64,000 bases of DNA from an uncultured Chloroflexia bacterium (GTDB lineage: Bacteria > Chloroflexota > Limnocylindria > Limnocylindrales > CSP1-4): contig CAVSHH010000008.1 in assembly GCA_963727585.1 (NCBI GenBank), positions 112,411-176,410 of the forward strand. Reading direction: 5' to 3'. Numbering within the stretch: position 1 is the first letter of the stretch; each line of letters starts with the position of its first letter. Positions 1 to 9,647 of the stretch are shown piece after piece. Both the position numbers and the translations under genes were made by a program. The notes under the pieces are model-generated. The model was not told the DNA's origin and did not search any database. It worked only from the letters and a program-made list of their open reading frames with translations.

Positions 1-82
1 TCCTGGTCACGCTCGCGTTCGCGGCGGGGCTGGGGCGCGGGGCCACTGACGAGGAGGCGACCGCCGCGGTCTAGCGGTCGGC

Positions 83-108
83 GCGGCGGCCAGGGCGACC
101 GCCGCCGC
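83..108. terminator. GC-rich hairpin between convergent gene ends
   Basis: Perfect 8-bp stem gcggcggc (83-90) / gccgccgc (101-108) with a 10-nt loop. It lies between a short + strand ORF tail ending TAG 72-74 and the stop of the - strand gene at 126. There is no U-tract. Confidence 0.25.
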
Positions 109-125
109 CCGGTTCGAGCTGCCCG

Positions 126-1430
126 TCAAGCACGCTCGGCACCGAAGAAGTGCCGGTACTGCTCCGAGCGGAGCTCGTCGGCCAGACGGCCGGCCGGCAA
201 GTCGACGTCGTCGTAGCGGATGACCTCGTCCCTCGCGATGTCCCGGCGCAGGACGCAGCCGGCCACCAGGCCCTCGGGGAGGTATCGCTCGCCGCGCATC
301 TCAGCGGCGTTGGCCGCCTCGCCGTAGGTCATGTAGTTGCCGTATTCGTCAAGCGTCTCGCCGGCATGCAGATCGCGCTTGGCGACCGCGCACACCTCCA
401 CGACCGGTCCGCCCAGCGGCGGCGCCAGCTGATCGCGGAACAGGCGCACGCGGGCGATCGCATTGGGAACCTCGAAGTGCACGAGGTGGTACGGGATCCA
501 GAACGCGTACAGCGGCCCCGGCCCCATCTTGTACAGCTCGAGGTAGTGGCGCTGCTTCGGGTCATCGTGCTCGGCGAGCACGTACACCTTGGTCCCGATC
601 GTGCCCACGGTGTAGTCGATGACCCCACCCAGCGCGCGGATCTCATCCAGTCGCGGCAGGTACAGCTCGGGCAGCTTCTCGGGGGGTTCGCGAAACTCGA
701 GACCGCGCGACATGCCCCGGCTGAGCACGCCGAAGCCGGTCGCGTTGGCGACGATCGACTGCTCGCAGCTGATCTTGGTGCCGTCGGCGAAGCTGGTGAC
801 CATCGACGGATTCTGGCCCCAGCGCTCTGCAAAGCCCTGCTGCGTGGTCGGGTTCCGGTAGGGATCCTGGAGCCCCTTCACGTTGCCCACGACGCGCGGC
901 GTCAGACCCAGTCCCCGCACCCAGCGCACGAGGTTGAGCTGGACGCCGGGCTCGTCGCCGTCGCAGGCCGACATGATGACGCCGTGCTCGCGGGCCTTGA
1001 CGTGGAGGATCGGGCCGATGGTCGCGTCGAGCTCCGCGTTCATGAGGACCACGTCCTTGCCGTGGGCGAACGCCTCGAGCACGACATGGGTCGCGTACTC
1101 GACGGCCCCGGTCGCCTCGACGATCACGTCGACCTGGGGGGCTCGGGCCAGCAGCAGCGCATCGGTCGTGATCGCGGTGGCGCCTGCGGCGACCGTCGCC
1201 GCCAGCTCGTCCTCGGACGCGGCCGCCGCGCCGCGCAGCCCGGCGTACTCGACCACGCCGGCCGCGCGCTCGAGCCGGCGACCGGCCACCGCCACCAGGC
1301 GCATCCCGGCCACGCTGTTCGCGATCTGGTTGGCGAGGCCCTGTGCCATGAACCCGGCGCCGACGATCCCGACCCGGATGGGGCTGCCGGCGGCCTCGAG
1401 CTCGCGCAGCGCCGTGTCGACGAGGATCAC
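126..1430 (-). CDS. NAD(P)-dependent oxidoreductase, homoserine-dehydrogenase-like with SAF-type C-terminus
   Basis: 434-aa ORF with a GTG start 3 nt after the stop of the upstream epimerase gene. It has a Rossmann motif VGIVGAGFMAQG near the N-terminus. The overall sequence resembles the predicted-homoserine-dehydrogenase/SAF oxidoreductases that accompany CDP-sugar genes. Confidence 0.85.
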   Translation of the reverse strand: MILVDTALRELEAAGSPIRVGIVGAGFMAQGLANQIANSVAGMRLVAVAGRRLERAAGVVEYAGLRGAAAASEDELAATVAAGATAITTDALLLARAPQVDVIVEATGAVEYATHVVLEAFAHGKDVVLMNAELDATIGPILHVKAREHGVIMSACDGDEPGVQLNLVRWVRGLGLTPRVVGNVKGLQDPYRNPTTQQGFAERWGQNPSMVTSFADGTKISCEQSIVANATGFGVLSRGMSRGLEFREPPEKLPELYLPRLDEIRALGGVIDYTVGTIGTKVYVLAEHDDPKQRHYLELYKMGPGPLYAFWIPYHLVHFEVPNAIARVRLFRDQLAPPLGGPVVEVCAVAKRDLHAGETLDEYGNYMTYGEAANAAEMRGERYLPEGLVAGCVLRRDIARDEVIRYDDVDLPAGRLADELRSEQYRHFFGAERA

Positions 1431-1433
1431 CGG

Positions 1434-2000
1434 TCAGTCCACCGTCATCCGGGCCCGGACGTCGGCTTCCACGTCGGCCAGGAGGGCCCAGCCCTGGTCC
1501 TTGGGCGAGACCTCGCCGATCGGCAGCGGCCACGTGATCCCCAGCCGCGGATCGTCGAATCGGAGGCCGCCCTCGAGGCTCGGCGCGTAGAACTCGCTGA
1601 CGAGATAGGTCGTCTCGGTCGCATCCTCGAGCACCTGGTAGCCATGGGCGAACCGGCGTGGGACGTAGAGCGAGCGGCCGTTCTCCTGGTCCAGCTCGAC
1701 CGCGACGTGCTCCAGGTACGTGGGTGACTCGGGCCGCAAGTCGACGATGACGTCAACGATCCCCCCTCGCGGGCAGCGGATGATCTTGGTCTCGGCTGCC
1801 GGCGGGTACTGGAAGTGCATCCCGCGGACGGTCCCTCGCGTGCGGTTGAAGCCGACATTCGCCTGGGCGATGACGGGCTCCAGGCCGTGGTCGCGGAGCT
1901 CGTTCTGGCAGAACATCCGGGCGAAGTAGCCGCGATCGTCCTCGCGTCGCTCGAGGTCGAGGATGAAGGCGCCGCGGAGACGGGTCTCGGTGAACAGCAT
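1434..2000 (-). CDS. dTDP-4-dehydrorhamnose 3,5-epimerase family (RmlC-like cupin) sugar epimerase
   Basis: 188 aa. Typical RmlC sequence: RGAFILDLERREDDRGYF, RGMHFQ, YVPRRFAHGY, SEFYAP, FDDPRLGITWP. The nucleotide-sugar substrate is not determinable from sequence. Confidence 0.92.
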   Translation of the reverse strand: MLFTETRLRGAFILDLERREDDRGYFARMFCQNELRDHGLEPVIAQANVGFNRTRGTVRGMHFQYPPAAETKIIRCPRGGIVDVIVDLRPESPTYLEHVAVELDQENGRSLYVPRRFAHGYQVLEDATETTYLVSEFYAPSLEGGLRFDDPRLGITWPLPIGEVSPKDQGWALLADVEADVRARMTVD

Positions 2001-2157
2001 CGATGCACCTTGGGCGAACCGGCCACCGCCGACGGCTGGGCAGGCCGGCGAGCCGATGGCCCGATGGTACCGCCCGACTCGCGGAGCGGGACGGCCGGCG
2101 CCAGGTCCGATGCTCGACAGCGGTGCGCGAGGGCACCGCCCGACCGGGGCCCGGGGG

Positions 2158-3045
2158 TCAGCGCAGCGGGCGGCGAAGGCGGCGGCCGGCGCTGCCCAGC
2201 CAGCGACTCAGTCGATCGGCGGCCCCTTCCCGATGCCGGTCGTCGATCTCGTCCTGGGGCACGGCGCCCACGTCGTACCCGAGCGCCGTGGCCAGGGCGA
2301 CCACCGGCGGATGATCCTCGATGTGCGACACGTCGATGGATTCTGAGGTCGGGCGGTGGAACTGGTCGATGCGCTCGGCAGGATTGCTGAGCGCCGCCTG
2401 GCTGACGGGAAGGCCCAGGAATCCGAGCAGATCGTCGCGAGCGGACGCGTCGCCGACGAGGTCCAGGAAGCGGAACAGCCGGAACTCGTCGGTCGAGCAC
2501 ATCCGCGCCACCTCGCGCCCGTAGGCGTGCACCTCGTACCAGTAGAACAGCCCCCGCTCGAACGCGGTCATCGATGACCAGCGCTCGGCGTAGTCCCGGA
2601 GCAGCACCCCGCTCGAGGACGGCGTCAGGGCCACCGTGGCGCGTACGTCGGGGCGTCCCGGATCCGTGTACCAGCGCTGGGTGACCAGGGACGCGGCGAC
2701 GCGCACCGGGTGGCGGACCAGCTGCACGATCCGAAGCCGGTCCCCGAATCGCTCGCGCAGCAGCGGGAACAGGGCGAGGGCAGGAAACCCGACCTCGACA
2801 TACGAGCGGCCCCCGCCAAGGGTGTCGTCGATCCGCCTGAAGTGGCCCGCGATGACCGGGTCGTCCTGGAGGCGGCGGAGCGCGGCGGGGTCGCGCAGGT
2901 TGGCAGCCGGCCGGTAGCGGTAGCCGACCGGTTCGTGTTCGACCCGCAACCGGTCGCCGGATCCTTCGCCCAGCTTGCTGGCCAGCCACTGGGTGCCCGA
3001 TCTCGCCGTGGTGATGAAGAACGTGACGGTCGACGTGTCGGTCAT
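2158..3045 (-). CDS. sulfotransferase-family protein (putative)
   Basis: 295 aa. The N-terminal TTARSGTQWL resembles the 5'-PSB PAPS-binding loop (PKSGTTW type). IVQLVRHPVRVAAS resembles the 3'-PB motif (RxPxDxxxS type). No other family was recognised. Confidence 0.65.
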   Translation of the reverse strand: MTDTSTVTFFITTARSGTQWLASKLGEGSGDRLRVEHEPVGYRYRPAANLRDPAALRRLQDDPVIAGHFRRIDDTLGGGRSYVEVGFPALALFPLLRERFGDRLRIVQLVRHPVRVAASLVTQRWYTDPGRPDVRATVALTPSSSGVLLRDYAERWSSMTAFERGLFYWYEVHAYGREVARMCSTDEFRLFRFLDLVGDASARDDLLGFLGLPVSQAALSNPAERIDQFHRPTSESIDVSHIEDHPPVVALATALGYDVGAVPQDEIDDRHREGAADRLSRWLGSAGRRLRRPLR

Positions 3046-3306
3046 CGTGGTCCATGACGTGGGGGCGAGTGCCGCGACGCGGTGCAGCGCAGCGGCAGCT
3101 GCAGGGGCCGATCGGACGCCGCCGACGGTCGGGCAGACCGGGCGGCCGGTCGCCCGATACTACCGCCGGGCGACCTGCACGGCTGGTCGATCCGGCAACT
3201 CGAACGGTGCCCGGCAGCACCGCTCAGCGCGTCACGCCCGAGACAGATCCGACACGGTCCGCCACACTTCGGAGTGGGTTCGGGGAGCGGAGGAAGCGCA
3301 GCTGGC

Positions 3307-4101
3307 ATGAAGGTGGTGCTGTTCTCGGGGGGCCTTGGGCTTCGCCTGCGCGAGTACTCGGATGCCATCCCCAAGCCGATGATCCCGATCGGGGTCAGGC
3401 CCATCCTGTGGCACGTCATGCGCTATTACGCGACGTTCGGCCACAAGGATTTCATCCTCTGCCTCGGGTATCGCTCCGACGTCGTCAAGTCCTACTTCCT
3501 CGACTACAGCGAGGCCATCTCGAACGACTTCGTGATGGCCGACGGCGGACGCTCCCTGGAGCTGGTGCGCACCGACATCCAGGACTGGCGGATCACGTTC
3601 GCGGATACCGGCGTCCACACGATCGTCGGCCAGCGGCTGCGGGCGATCCGGCCGTACGTCGCGAACGAGGAGATGTTCCTCGCCAACTACGGCGACACGT
3701 TGACCGACGCCTGGCTTCCGGACCTGGTCGCCGAGTTCGAGCGGTCGGACGCCGTTGCGGCGTTCCTCGCGGTCCGGCCCACGTACTCGTTCCACATCGT
3801 CGAGACCGGGGCTGCCGGCGACGTGACCGCGATCCGGAGCGTCGAGGAGGCCGATACCCGGATCAACGGCGGGTACTTCATCTTCCGGCGCCAGATCTTC
3901 GACTACATCCGGGAAGGCGAGGAGCTCGTCGAGGAGCCCTTCCGGCGGCTGATCTCCGAGGGCAAGCTGATGGCCTTCCGCCACGACGGTTTCTGGGCGC
4001 CCATGGACACCCTCAAGGACAAGCAGGATCTCGACGTGCGACACGAGCGCAGAGACGCCCCGTGGGAGGTGTGGCTCCGCGACGGGATCGACGACCGCTA
4101 G
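3307..4101 (+). CDS. rfbF: glucose-1-phosphate cytidylyltransferase
   Basis: ATG at 3307 inside the longer ORF 3082-4101, preceded by GGAGCGGAGGAAG. The protein starts [29 protein letters not shown] and contains [17 protein letters not shown] and [10 protein letters not shown]. The 264-aa length is typical of RfbF. Confidence 0.92.
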   Translation: MKVVLFSGGLGLRLREYSDAIPKPMIPIGVRPILWHVMRYYATFGHKDFILCLGYRSDVVKSYFLDYSEAISNDFVMADGGRSLELVRTDIQDWRITFADTGVHTIVGQRLRAIRPYVANEEMFLANYGDTLTDAWLPDLVAEFERSDAVAAFLAVRPTYSFHIVETGAAGDVTAIRSVEEADTRINGGYFIFRRQIFDYIREGEELVEEPFRRLISEGKLMAFRHDGFWAPMDTLKDKQDLDVRHERRDAPWEVWLRDGIDDR

Positions 4102-5141
4102 TCGCCGGTCGCCGGCACCCGTACCCGCAGGTCGGGGCCGAGCGAGCCGTCCGCCAGACGCTGGCGGATCTGCGCGATCCGCTGGAACCGCGGGCCCTCG
4201 ACCTCCTCCATCGTCAGGCCCACGGCGGTGTACGCGTCGACCAGCTCGCGGGCGCCGGCACGGGCGTCCCAGGCGGCACGAAAGCCGACCGCCTCCGCGA
4301 ACCGGTCGCCGCTCACGCGGTAGTTGCGCACGTCGGGCGAGGCATCGGCGGCGAGCTCGACCCGGCAGCCGGAGAGTGCCTCCGCCACGATCGCGGCGAG
4401 GTCCCGCACCTGGTAGTTCTCGCTCGTCGCCACCACGTTGAAGGCCTGGCCGCCGACGATCTCGCGCGGGGCATCGAGCGCGAGCAGGAATGCCTGCGAG
4501 ATGTCCCGGATGTGGACGATCGGGCGCCACGGCGTGCCGTCGCTCTTGATCCGCACGACCCCGGTCGTGAACGCCCAGGCCGCGAGGTTGTTGAGGACGA
4601 TGTCGCAACGAAGGCGCGGCGACACGCCGTACGCCGTGGCGTTGCGCAGGGAGACGACGGTGTACGAGGGGCCGTCGAGTCCCGCGATGTCCCGCTCGAC
4701 CCGCACCTTCGACTCGCCGTAGGGCGTGACGGGTCGGAGCGGCGACGTCTCGTCCAGCATCGCCCCCCCGGCGGCTCCGTAGTTGCTGCACGAGGACGAG
4801 AACAGGAAGCGGCGGACGCCCGCCTCGCGCCCCAGCTCGGCCAGCCGGACGCTCGCGCGGTGGTTGATGGCATAGGTGAGGTCGGGGTCGAGGTCGCCGA
4901 GCGGGTCATTCGACAGCGCGGCGAGGTGGACGATCGCGTCGATGCCGTCGAGCTGCTCGAGGGTGACGTCCCGCAGGTCGGCAGCGATCTCGGGAATGGT
5001 GGCCAGCGCCGACGGATCGCCGAATGTCCCGCCGCGATAGAGATCGTTGTCGAGCCCGACGACATCGTGGCCGGCGGCCTGGAAGATCGGGACGAGGACC
5101 GCCCCGATGTAGCCGCGGTGGCCGGTGACGAGAACGCGCAT
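4098..5141 (-). CDS. NAD-dependent epimerase/dehydratase (extended SDR)
   Basis: The real start [14 protein letters not shown] sits at 5141, with GGAGGA upstream, inside the long ORF 4098-5786. It has the GxxGxxG motif and the catalytic YGESK (YxxxK). Its tail overlaps the rfbF stop by 4 nt in convergent orientation. Confidence 0.9.
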   Translation of the reverse strand: MRVLVTGHRGYIGAVLVPIFQAAGHDVVGLDNDLYRGGTFGDPSALATIPEIAADLRDVTLEQLDGIDAIVHLAALSNDPLGDLDPDLTYAINHRASVRLAELGREAGVRRFLFSSSCSNYGAAGGAMLDETSPLRPVTPYGESKVRVERDIAGLDGPSYTVVSLRNATAYGVSPRLRCDIVLNNLAAWAFTTGVVRIKSDGTPWRPIVHIRDISQAFLLALDAPREIVGGQAFNVVATSENYQVRDLAAIVAEALSGCRVELAADASPDVRNYRVSGDRFAEAVGFRAAWDARAGARELVDAYTAVGLTMEEVEGPRFQRIAQIRQRLADGSLGPDLRVRVPATGD

Positions 5142-5169
5142 GCGGGCTCCTCCGTTGGGCGTGGTGGGG

Positions 5170-5826
5170 TCAGACGACGAGCTTCCGGCAGACGAAGGCC
5201 TCGGCCGTGCCGTCCGGTGCACGACACTCGATTCCCCGCAGCCGCAGGATGGCCGTGAACGTATCGCGCGACCACCAGTCACGGCCGTGCTGGGACGGGA
5301 AGGCGGCCACGAGGTGCGCCACCTTGGCAGACACCTCGCCGGCGGCAAGTGGGACATAGAGGTTGGCCGTCCCGAGGTCGCCATCCCATTTCGGGATCTC
5401 GTACTCGAGAATCGTCGCCCGCCGGAACAGCTGCGGGATGACATCGGCCACCAGGCGGTGATCCTGGTGGGCGTCCTCGCGACGGGGCCCGATGACCAGG
5501 TCCGGATCAAGATCCTGGTGGGCGGCGAGCGACTCCTTCGCGGCCGTCCCGAGGTATGGCAGGTAGCCGTCGCGCAGGTCGCCGACCTCGATCCGGTGCG
5601 CCGTCGGGCCGAGCAGCACCGCGGCGCTGGACCGCGCTTCGTCGGCGCGTGCGGGCATCGGGGCGGCCAGGACGACCCAGGACACCTGGGCATCGGGGCG
5701 CTCGGCGACCAGCCGCGCGATCGTTCCGCCGGCCCCGATCTCGGCGTCGTCGGCATGGGCGGAGACCACCAGGATCCGCGGGCCACGTTCCGTCGGCAGG
5801 CCCAGTCGCGCGCTGAGCGGCATCAT
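5170..5826 (-). CDS. PIG-L/LmbE-family deacetylase
   Basis: [18 protein letters not shown] (AHPDDE-type motif) and EDAHQDH (HxDH zinc-site motif). I chose the start at MMPLS (5826/5823), just downstream of the GT2 stop at 5870. Confidence 0.88.
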   Translation of the reverse strand: MMPLSARLGLPTERGPRILVVSAHADDAEIGAGGTIARLVAERPDAQVSWVVLAAPMPARADEARSSAAVLLGPTAHRIEVGDLRDGYLPYLGTAAKESLAAHQDLDPDLVIGPRREDAHQDHRLVADVIPQLFRRATILEYEIPKWDGDLGTANLYVPLAAGEVSAKVAHLVAAFPSQHGRDWWSRDTFTAILRLRGIECRAPDGTAEAFVCRKLVV

Positions 5827-5869
5827 GCGGACCGCCGCCGGAACCCGACCGCGCCGCAGCCTCGATCGA

Positions 5870-6853
5870 TCATGCCGTCCTCGTGGCAAAGCGTCGGGTG
5901 AGCCGTCGGCGAGTCCGACCGGCGAGCTTCCCGAACGCCCGCGGATGGAACTTGAGCTCTTCACGGTAGGTGGTCCGCTCGAGCAGCCGCCGCTCGTCCT
6001 TGTCGAGCGCGCTGCTGGCGTTGATGATCTGGCGGACATCGGCATAGAAGCCGTGCGCGGCCCGGGCCGCGCGGATCGTCGCGGCCAGGCGATCCTGCTC
6101 GCGCCACGTCGTGGCGTGATCCGCCCACTGCTCGGGTGTCCAGATCACGTCGCGGCGCGCATAGAGGATATCGGGCGCGACGCGAAACTCCCCCTCGAGG
6201 ATCAGGCGCAGCAGGAGCAGCAGGTCCATCGCGTAGTAGCCGCGGCTCGCGTCACGGATGGCGCCCGGCGGCGCGTAGCCAAGCCGCTGGATCACCGGCG
6301 CTCGCATCAACCCGTACATCAGGGTCGCGTGGCCGTTGCCGGGCGGCTCCGCGAGGAAGCGGCGCACCCGGGTGGCGGTCGAGCCCGGCTGCCCGTAGAC
6401 CGCGACGTTGTCGAACACCTGGTGGTAGGCGTCGAACTGGTCGATCGAGACCGCATTGCTGCCGGCGAGGACCACGTTCGGCTCGTCGTCGAGCACGGTC
6501 ACCATCCGCTCCAGATACGTGGGATCCCAGAAGTCGTCGTGGCAGGCCCACATGAAATAGGGCCCGGCGGCGAGATCGATCAAGCGGGCGAAGTTCGCGT
6601 GCAGGCCGAGGTCGACGTCCAGCCGCTGGTAGGTGACCCGGGGATCGCGCCCGACGTACTCCTCGCAGATCGCCCGGGTCCCATCGGTCGAGCCGTTGTC
6701 CGAGATCACCAGCGCCAGGTCGCCGAACGTCTGGCCCAGCAGCGATTCGATCCCGCCCCGGACGAACGCCTCCCCGTTGCGCACGGGCATACCCACCGTC
6801 ACCCGCGCGGCCTTCGTGCCCGAACGCTCCAGGCGTCCGCTTGCGCGCGCCAT
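5870..6853 (-). CDS. family 2 glycosyltransferase
   Basis: VTVGMPVRNGEAFVRGGIESLLGQTF..LVISDNGSTDGT..ACHDDFW is a typical GT2 (GT-A) N-terminal domain with a DxD-like motif. ATG at 6853 with GGAGGGTGGAG upstream. Confidence 0.9.
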   Translation of the reverse strand: MARASGRLERSGTKAARVTVGMPVRNGEAFVRGGIESLLGQTFGDLALVISDNGSTDGTRAICEEYVGRDPRVTYQRLDVDLGLHANFARLIDLAAGPYFMWACHDDFWDPTYLERMVTVLDDEPNVVLAGSNAVSIDQFDAYHQVFDNVAVYGQPGSTATRVRRFLAEPPGNGHATLMYGLMRAPVIQRLGYAPPGAIRDASRGYYAMDLLLLLRLILEGEFRVAPDILYARRDVIWTPEQWADHATTWREQDRLAATIRAARAAHGFYADVRQIINASSALDKDERRLLERTTYREELKFHPRAFGKLAGRTRRRLTRRFATRTA

Positions 6854-7245
6854 ACTCCACCCTCCGCCGTCCCCGCGCGGCACAGCCGGCAGGCCAACGG
6901 CCAACGTCCTTGCCCGTCACCGCGTGGCGCCCATGGCCGCGATGATGGCGTCGCCGGATCGGCATGCTGGCGAGCGTTCCTGGAGGTCGACGGACCGTTC
7001 CGTCGTGGACCGCCAGGTCCCCGATCGCGCAGCTGTGCCGACTACCGGTCGAGCACCTTCCCCGAGGCCCGCACGGTGCAGGCGTTTCGTGGACGATAGC
7101 AGGAAGGGGGAAGCGCTGGTTGAGGTGTCGGGCCTTCGCCGACCGTGCCTCGCCCCGAGGCGACCCTCCCCTGGGGCCATGTCATACTGCTGAACGCCCC
7201 GGGGCCGCCGGATCCGGTGTCGCCGGACGGCGTGACGGGAGGGAC

Positions 7246-8340
7246 ATGGACGTCAACGGTGCGCGCCGGGCAGGGAGCGCCGGCCCGCTGGAGGTGATCA
7301 CCAGCCGGGACAGCGCCGCCTGGGATGCGGTGCTGGCGGGGGCCGCGGAGTACGACTTCCACCATCTCGCGGGCTACCACCGGTTGGCGGAGTACCGGGG
7401 TGAGGGGACCGGTTTCATGTTTGCCTACCGGAGCGCGGAACACCTCGTTGCGGTCCCCCTGCTGCTCCGACCCATCGATCCGGCTGACCCGTCCGGGCGT
7501 TGCGACGCGACCTCCGTGTATGGCTATGCCGGCCCGATCACCTCGCCCGCTCCCCTGGCGGCGGGCGTCGTCGACGGCTTCCAGTCCGCCCTCAGGGACG
7601 AGCTCCTGCGGCGACGGATCGTGGCGGTGTTCTCCCGGCTGCACCCGCTGCTCGAGCAGCATCGGCTGGTCGCCGGGCTCGGGGAGATACGGCCGTGCGG
7701 GTCGACCGTGTCGATCGACCTGACCCTCGATCCCGAGCTGCAGTGGGCCGGGTACAGCAAGGGCACGCGGCGGCTTGTGAGGCGGGCGAAGGAGGCTGGC
7801 GTCACCTGCCTGCACGACACCGGGCTGCAGTACCTTGGGGCGTGGGCCGATCTCTACCGCGAGACGATGGAGCGGGTCGGCGCGTCGTCCTCGTACCTCT
7901 ACGACCGGGCCTACTTCGAGCGCATGGCCGCCGAGCTTGGGCCGGCCATGCAGCTGTTCGTCGCCCTGGTGGACGGAGACCTGGCCGCCGCGGGCGTGTA
8001 CACGATCTGCGACGGGATCGTGCAGGCCCACCTCGGCGGGTCGCGCGCCAGGTACGGGGCGCTCTCGCCGGGTCGCCTCGTCGACGACACCGCTCGCCGG
8101 TGGGGAACGGAGGTGGGGGCGCGGGTGTTCCACCTGGGCGGCGGCGTGGGCTGCCGCGAGGACTCGCTGTTCCGGTACAAGGCCGGCTTCTCGGATCGCC
8201 GACACGAGTTCGCCACCTGGCGCTGGATCGTGGACGAGGCTGCCTACGCCGACCTCTGTCGCCGGCACGGACCTGCCGGCGGGCCGACCGCGCCGGACGA
8301 CGGCGGCTACTTCCCGGACTATCGCCGGCCGGCGGGCTGA
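7246..8340 (+). CDS. FemAB-family / GNAT (Acetyltransf_6-like) acyl- or aminoacyl-transferase
   Basis: ATG at 7246 after GGGAGGGAC. It contains WDAVLAGAAEYDFHHLAGYHRL, YSKGTRRLVRRAKEAGV, LFVALVDGDLAAAGVY and FRYKAGFS. This resembles the FemAB-related proteins found in exopolysaccharide loci. Confidence 0.8.
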   Translation: MDVNGARRAGSAGPLEVITSRDSAAWDAVLAGAAEYDFHHLAGYHRLAEYRGEGTGFMFAYRSAEHLVAVPLLLRPIDPADPSGRCDATSVYGYAGPITSPAPLAAGVVDGFQSALRDELLRRRIVAVFSRLHPLLEQHRLVAGLGEIRPCGSTVSIDLTLDPELQWAGYSKGTRRLVRRAKEAGVTCLHDTGLQYLGAWADLYRETMERVGASSSYLYDRAYFERMAAELGPAMQLFVALVDGDLAAAGVYTICDGIVQAHLGGSRARYGALSPGRLVDDTARRWGTEVGARVFHLGGGVGCREDSLFRYKAGFSDRRHEFATWRWIVDEAAYADLCRRHGPAGGPTAPDDGGYFPDYRRPAG

Positions 8341-8368
8341 CCAGGCGGATCCGGGGCGTCCGAACCCG

Positions 8369-9244
8369 TCAGCCCCGCGTGCTCGTCCTTCCTGTCAGGC
8401 GGTAGTGCAGGAAGGGCTTCCTCCATCGCACGAGGGCCCCGGCGACGGGCTGCAACCAGACCTTGCTGGGCACCTGGACGACCGGGAACCCGATCCCCGC
8501 CTTGAACACGACGAGCGCCTCGTCCTCCGGGATGTGGGGGCTGTGCGCGATCTCGCGGATCCCGGGCGATCGACGGCAGGCATCGATGAACGCGAAATGC
8601 AGACCGGTCCCGATATGGGTCGACAGGGCCTCGGTCGCGAGATCGACGATCTCGATGTAGGCCGTCCCATCCACCACGTAGCCGGCGATCCAGCCGCCAA
8701 GCCGGTCGTCGACGAGCCCGGCGAGGACGATCGCCGAGGGTCGCGAGACGTACCACTCGAGCTCGGCCAGGAACTCCGACTTCGAGCTCGCCGTGCGGTA
8801 GGGGTTGCGCGTCCGCGCCTGGGCCGACTGGAAGACATCGAAGCCGCCGTGCTCAAGCGGACCCAGGCCCAGGACCTGGACGTACTTGACCTGGCGCTGG
8901 CTCCGCCGGAGGTGATACCGCCGGTTGGAGGAAAGGGAGTCGACGCTGAAGCTGTCGAGATCGGCAAGGAGGTGCATCGGCATGGTGGCGTTCGCATCTG
9001 CCGCTGACGACTCCGTGAGCGCGGCGCGATAGCCCCAGCACAGGGGTGACGGTCGCGTCGCCTCCGAGGCGCTGAGCCGCGCCATCGGGTGGATCGGCTC
9101 GAACAATCCCGGAAACGTCTCCCGCCAGTGGCGGCCCCGATGGATGACCGTCCGCCGGGGTTCCGGCGGGTCCGCCGCGAGCTCCGCCTCCGTCACGGGA
9201 AGGAGATGCGCCTCGGCCGCATCCCGGAGCTGGGGATCACTCAT
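8369..9244 (-). CDS. GNAT (Acetyltransf_6/FemAB-like) protein, divergent paralogue-type
   Basis: Start MSDPQLRD at 9244. SSNRRYHLRRSQRQVKY and LGGWIAGYVVDGTAYIEIVDLATEALSTHIGTGLHFAFIDACRRS..VVFKAGIGF follow the BioF2-like/FemAB GNAT pattern. The assignment rests on motif resemblance only. Confidence 0.65.
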   Translation of the reverse strand: MSDPQLRDAAEAHLLPVTEAELAADPPEPRRTVIHRGRHWRETFPGLFEPIHPMARLSASEATRPSPLCWGYRAALTESSAADANATMPMHLLADLDSFSVDSLSSNRRYHLRRSQRQVKYVQVLGLGPLEHGGFDVFQSAQARTRNPYRTASSKSEFLAELEWYVSRPSAIVLAGLVDDRLGGWIAGYVVDGTAYIEIVDLATEALSTHIGTGLHFAFIDACRRSPGIREIAHSPHIPEDEALVVFKAGIGFPVVQVPSKVWLQPVAGALVRWRKPFLHYRLTGRTSTRG

Positions 9245-9647
9245 CGGACCGCCCTGACAGATTCGGCACCATGCGTCACGCGTTACCCCGCTCTCGGTTG
9301 CTCGATGCCGGATGGTCACCACGGCGTGGCCAGAGAGCCTACACCAGCGAGCAGATCGGCCGGACTCGCCCGATGGCCGCAGGGGCGACCCGCGCATGGG
9401 TTGCGTGCAGGCACAGGGTTGCTGCGGCCGGGGTTGACAGCCCAAAGGTCAGGATGGACTCTGTGCCGGGGATCCTGCGAACCAGCCAGGAGCAGGGCTC
9501 CCGCATCGGGGAGGCGAGGGGCGGAGGACGCGATCCCTCGGGATGGATCGAGCCCACCAACCGTCCGGCTCCCGGATCTGCCCCACCCCATCACCCGGCC
9601 GGATCGGGCCTGTGGTCGACGCGCTTCACGGCACCCGAGGAGACCAA

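Noticed and set aside
1-74. Possible 3' end of a + strand CDS (…LVTLAFAAGLGRGATDEEATAAV, stop TAG 72-74)
   Set aside because: Only 24 codons are visible, which is too little to support a call or a product. I note it only because it explains the hairpin at 83-108.
95-125. GGTTCGAG at ~111, resembling a tRNA T-loop, and TCTAGCGG at ~70, resembling a D-loop
   Set aside because: The flanking bases do not form a T-stem, acceptor stem or anticodon arm, so no cloverleaf can be drawn.
9245-9647. 400-nt leader upstream of the OCD/ATP-grasp/PGT operon as a riboswitch. The same question applies to the 350-nt gap at 20750-21102 and the 390-nt gap at 6854-7245.
   Set aside because: I could not recognise any known riboswitch core by eye, and the ORFs listed there translate to junk. 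A covariance-model scan would be needed, so these are not reported as features.
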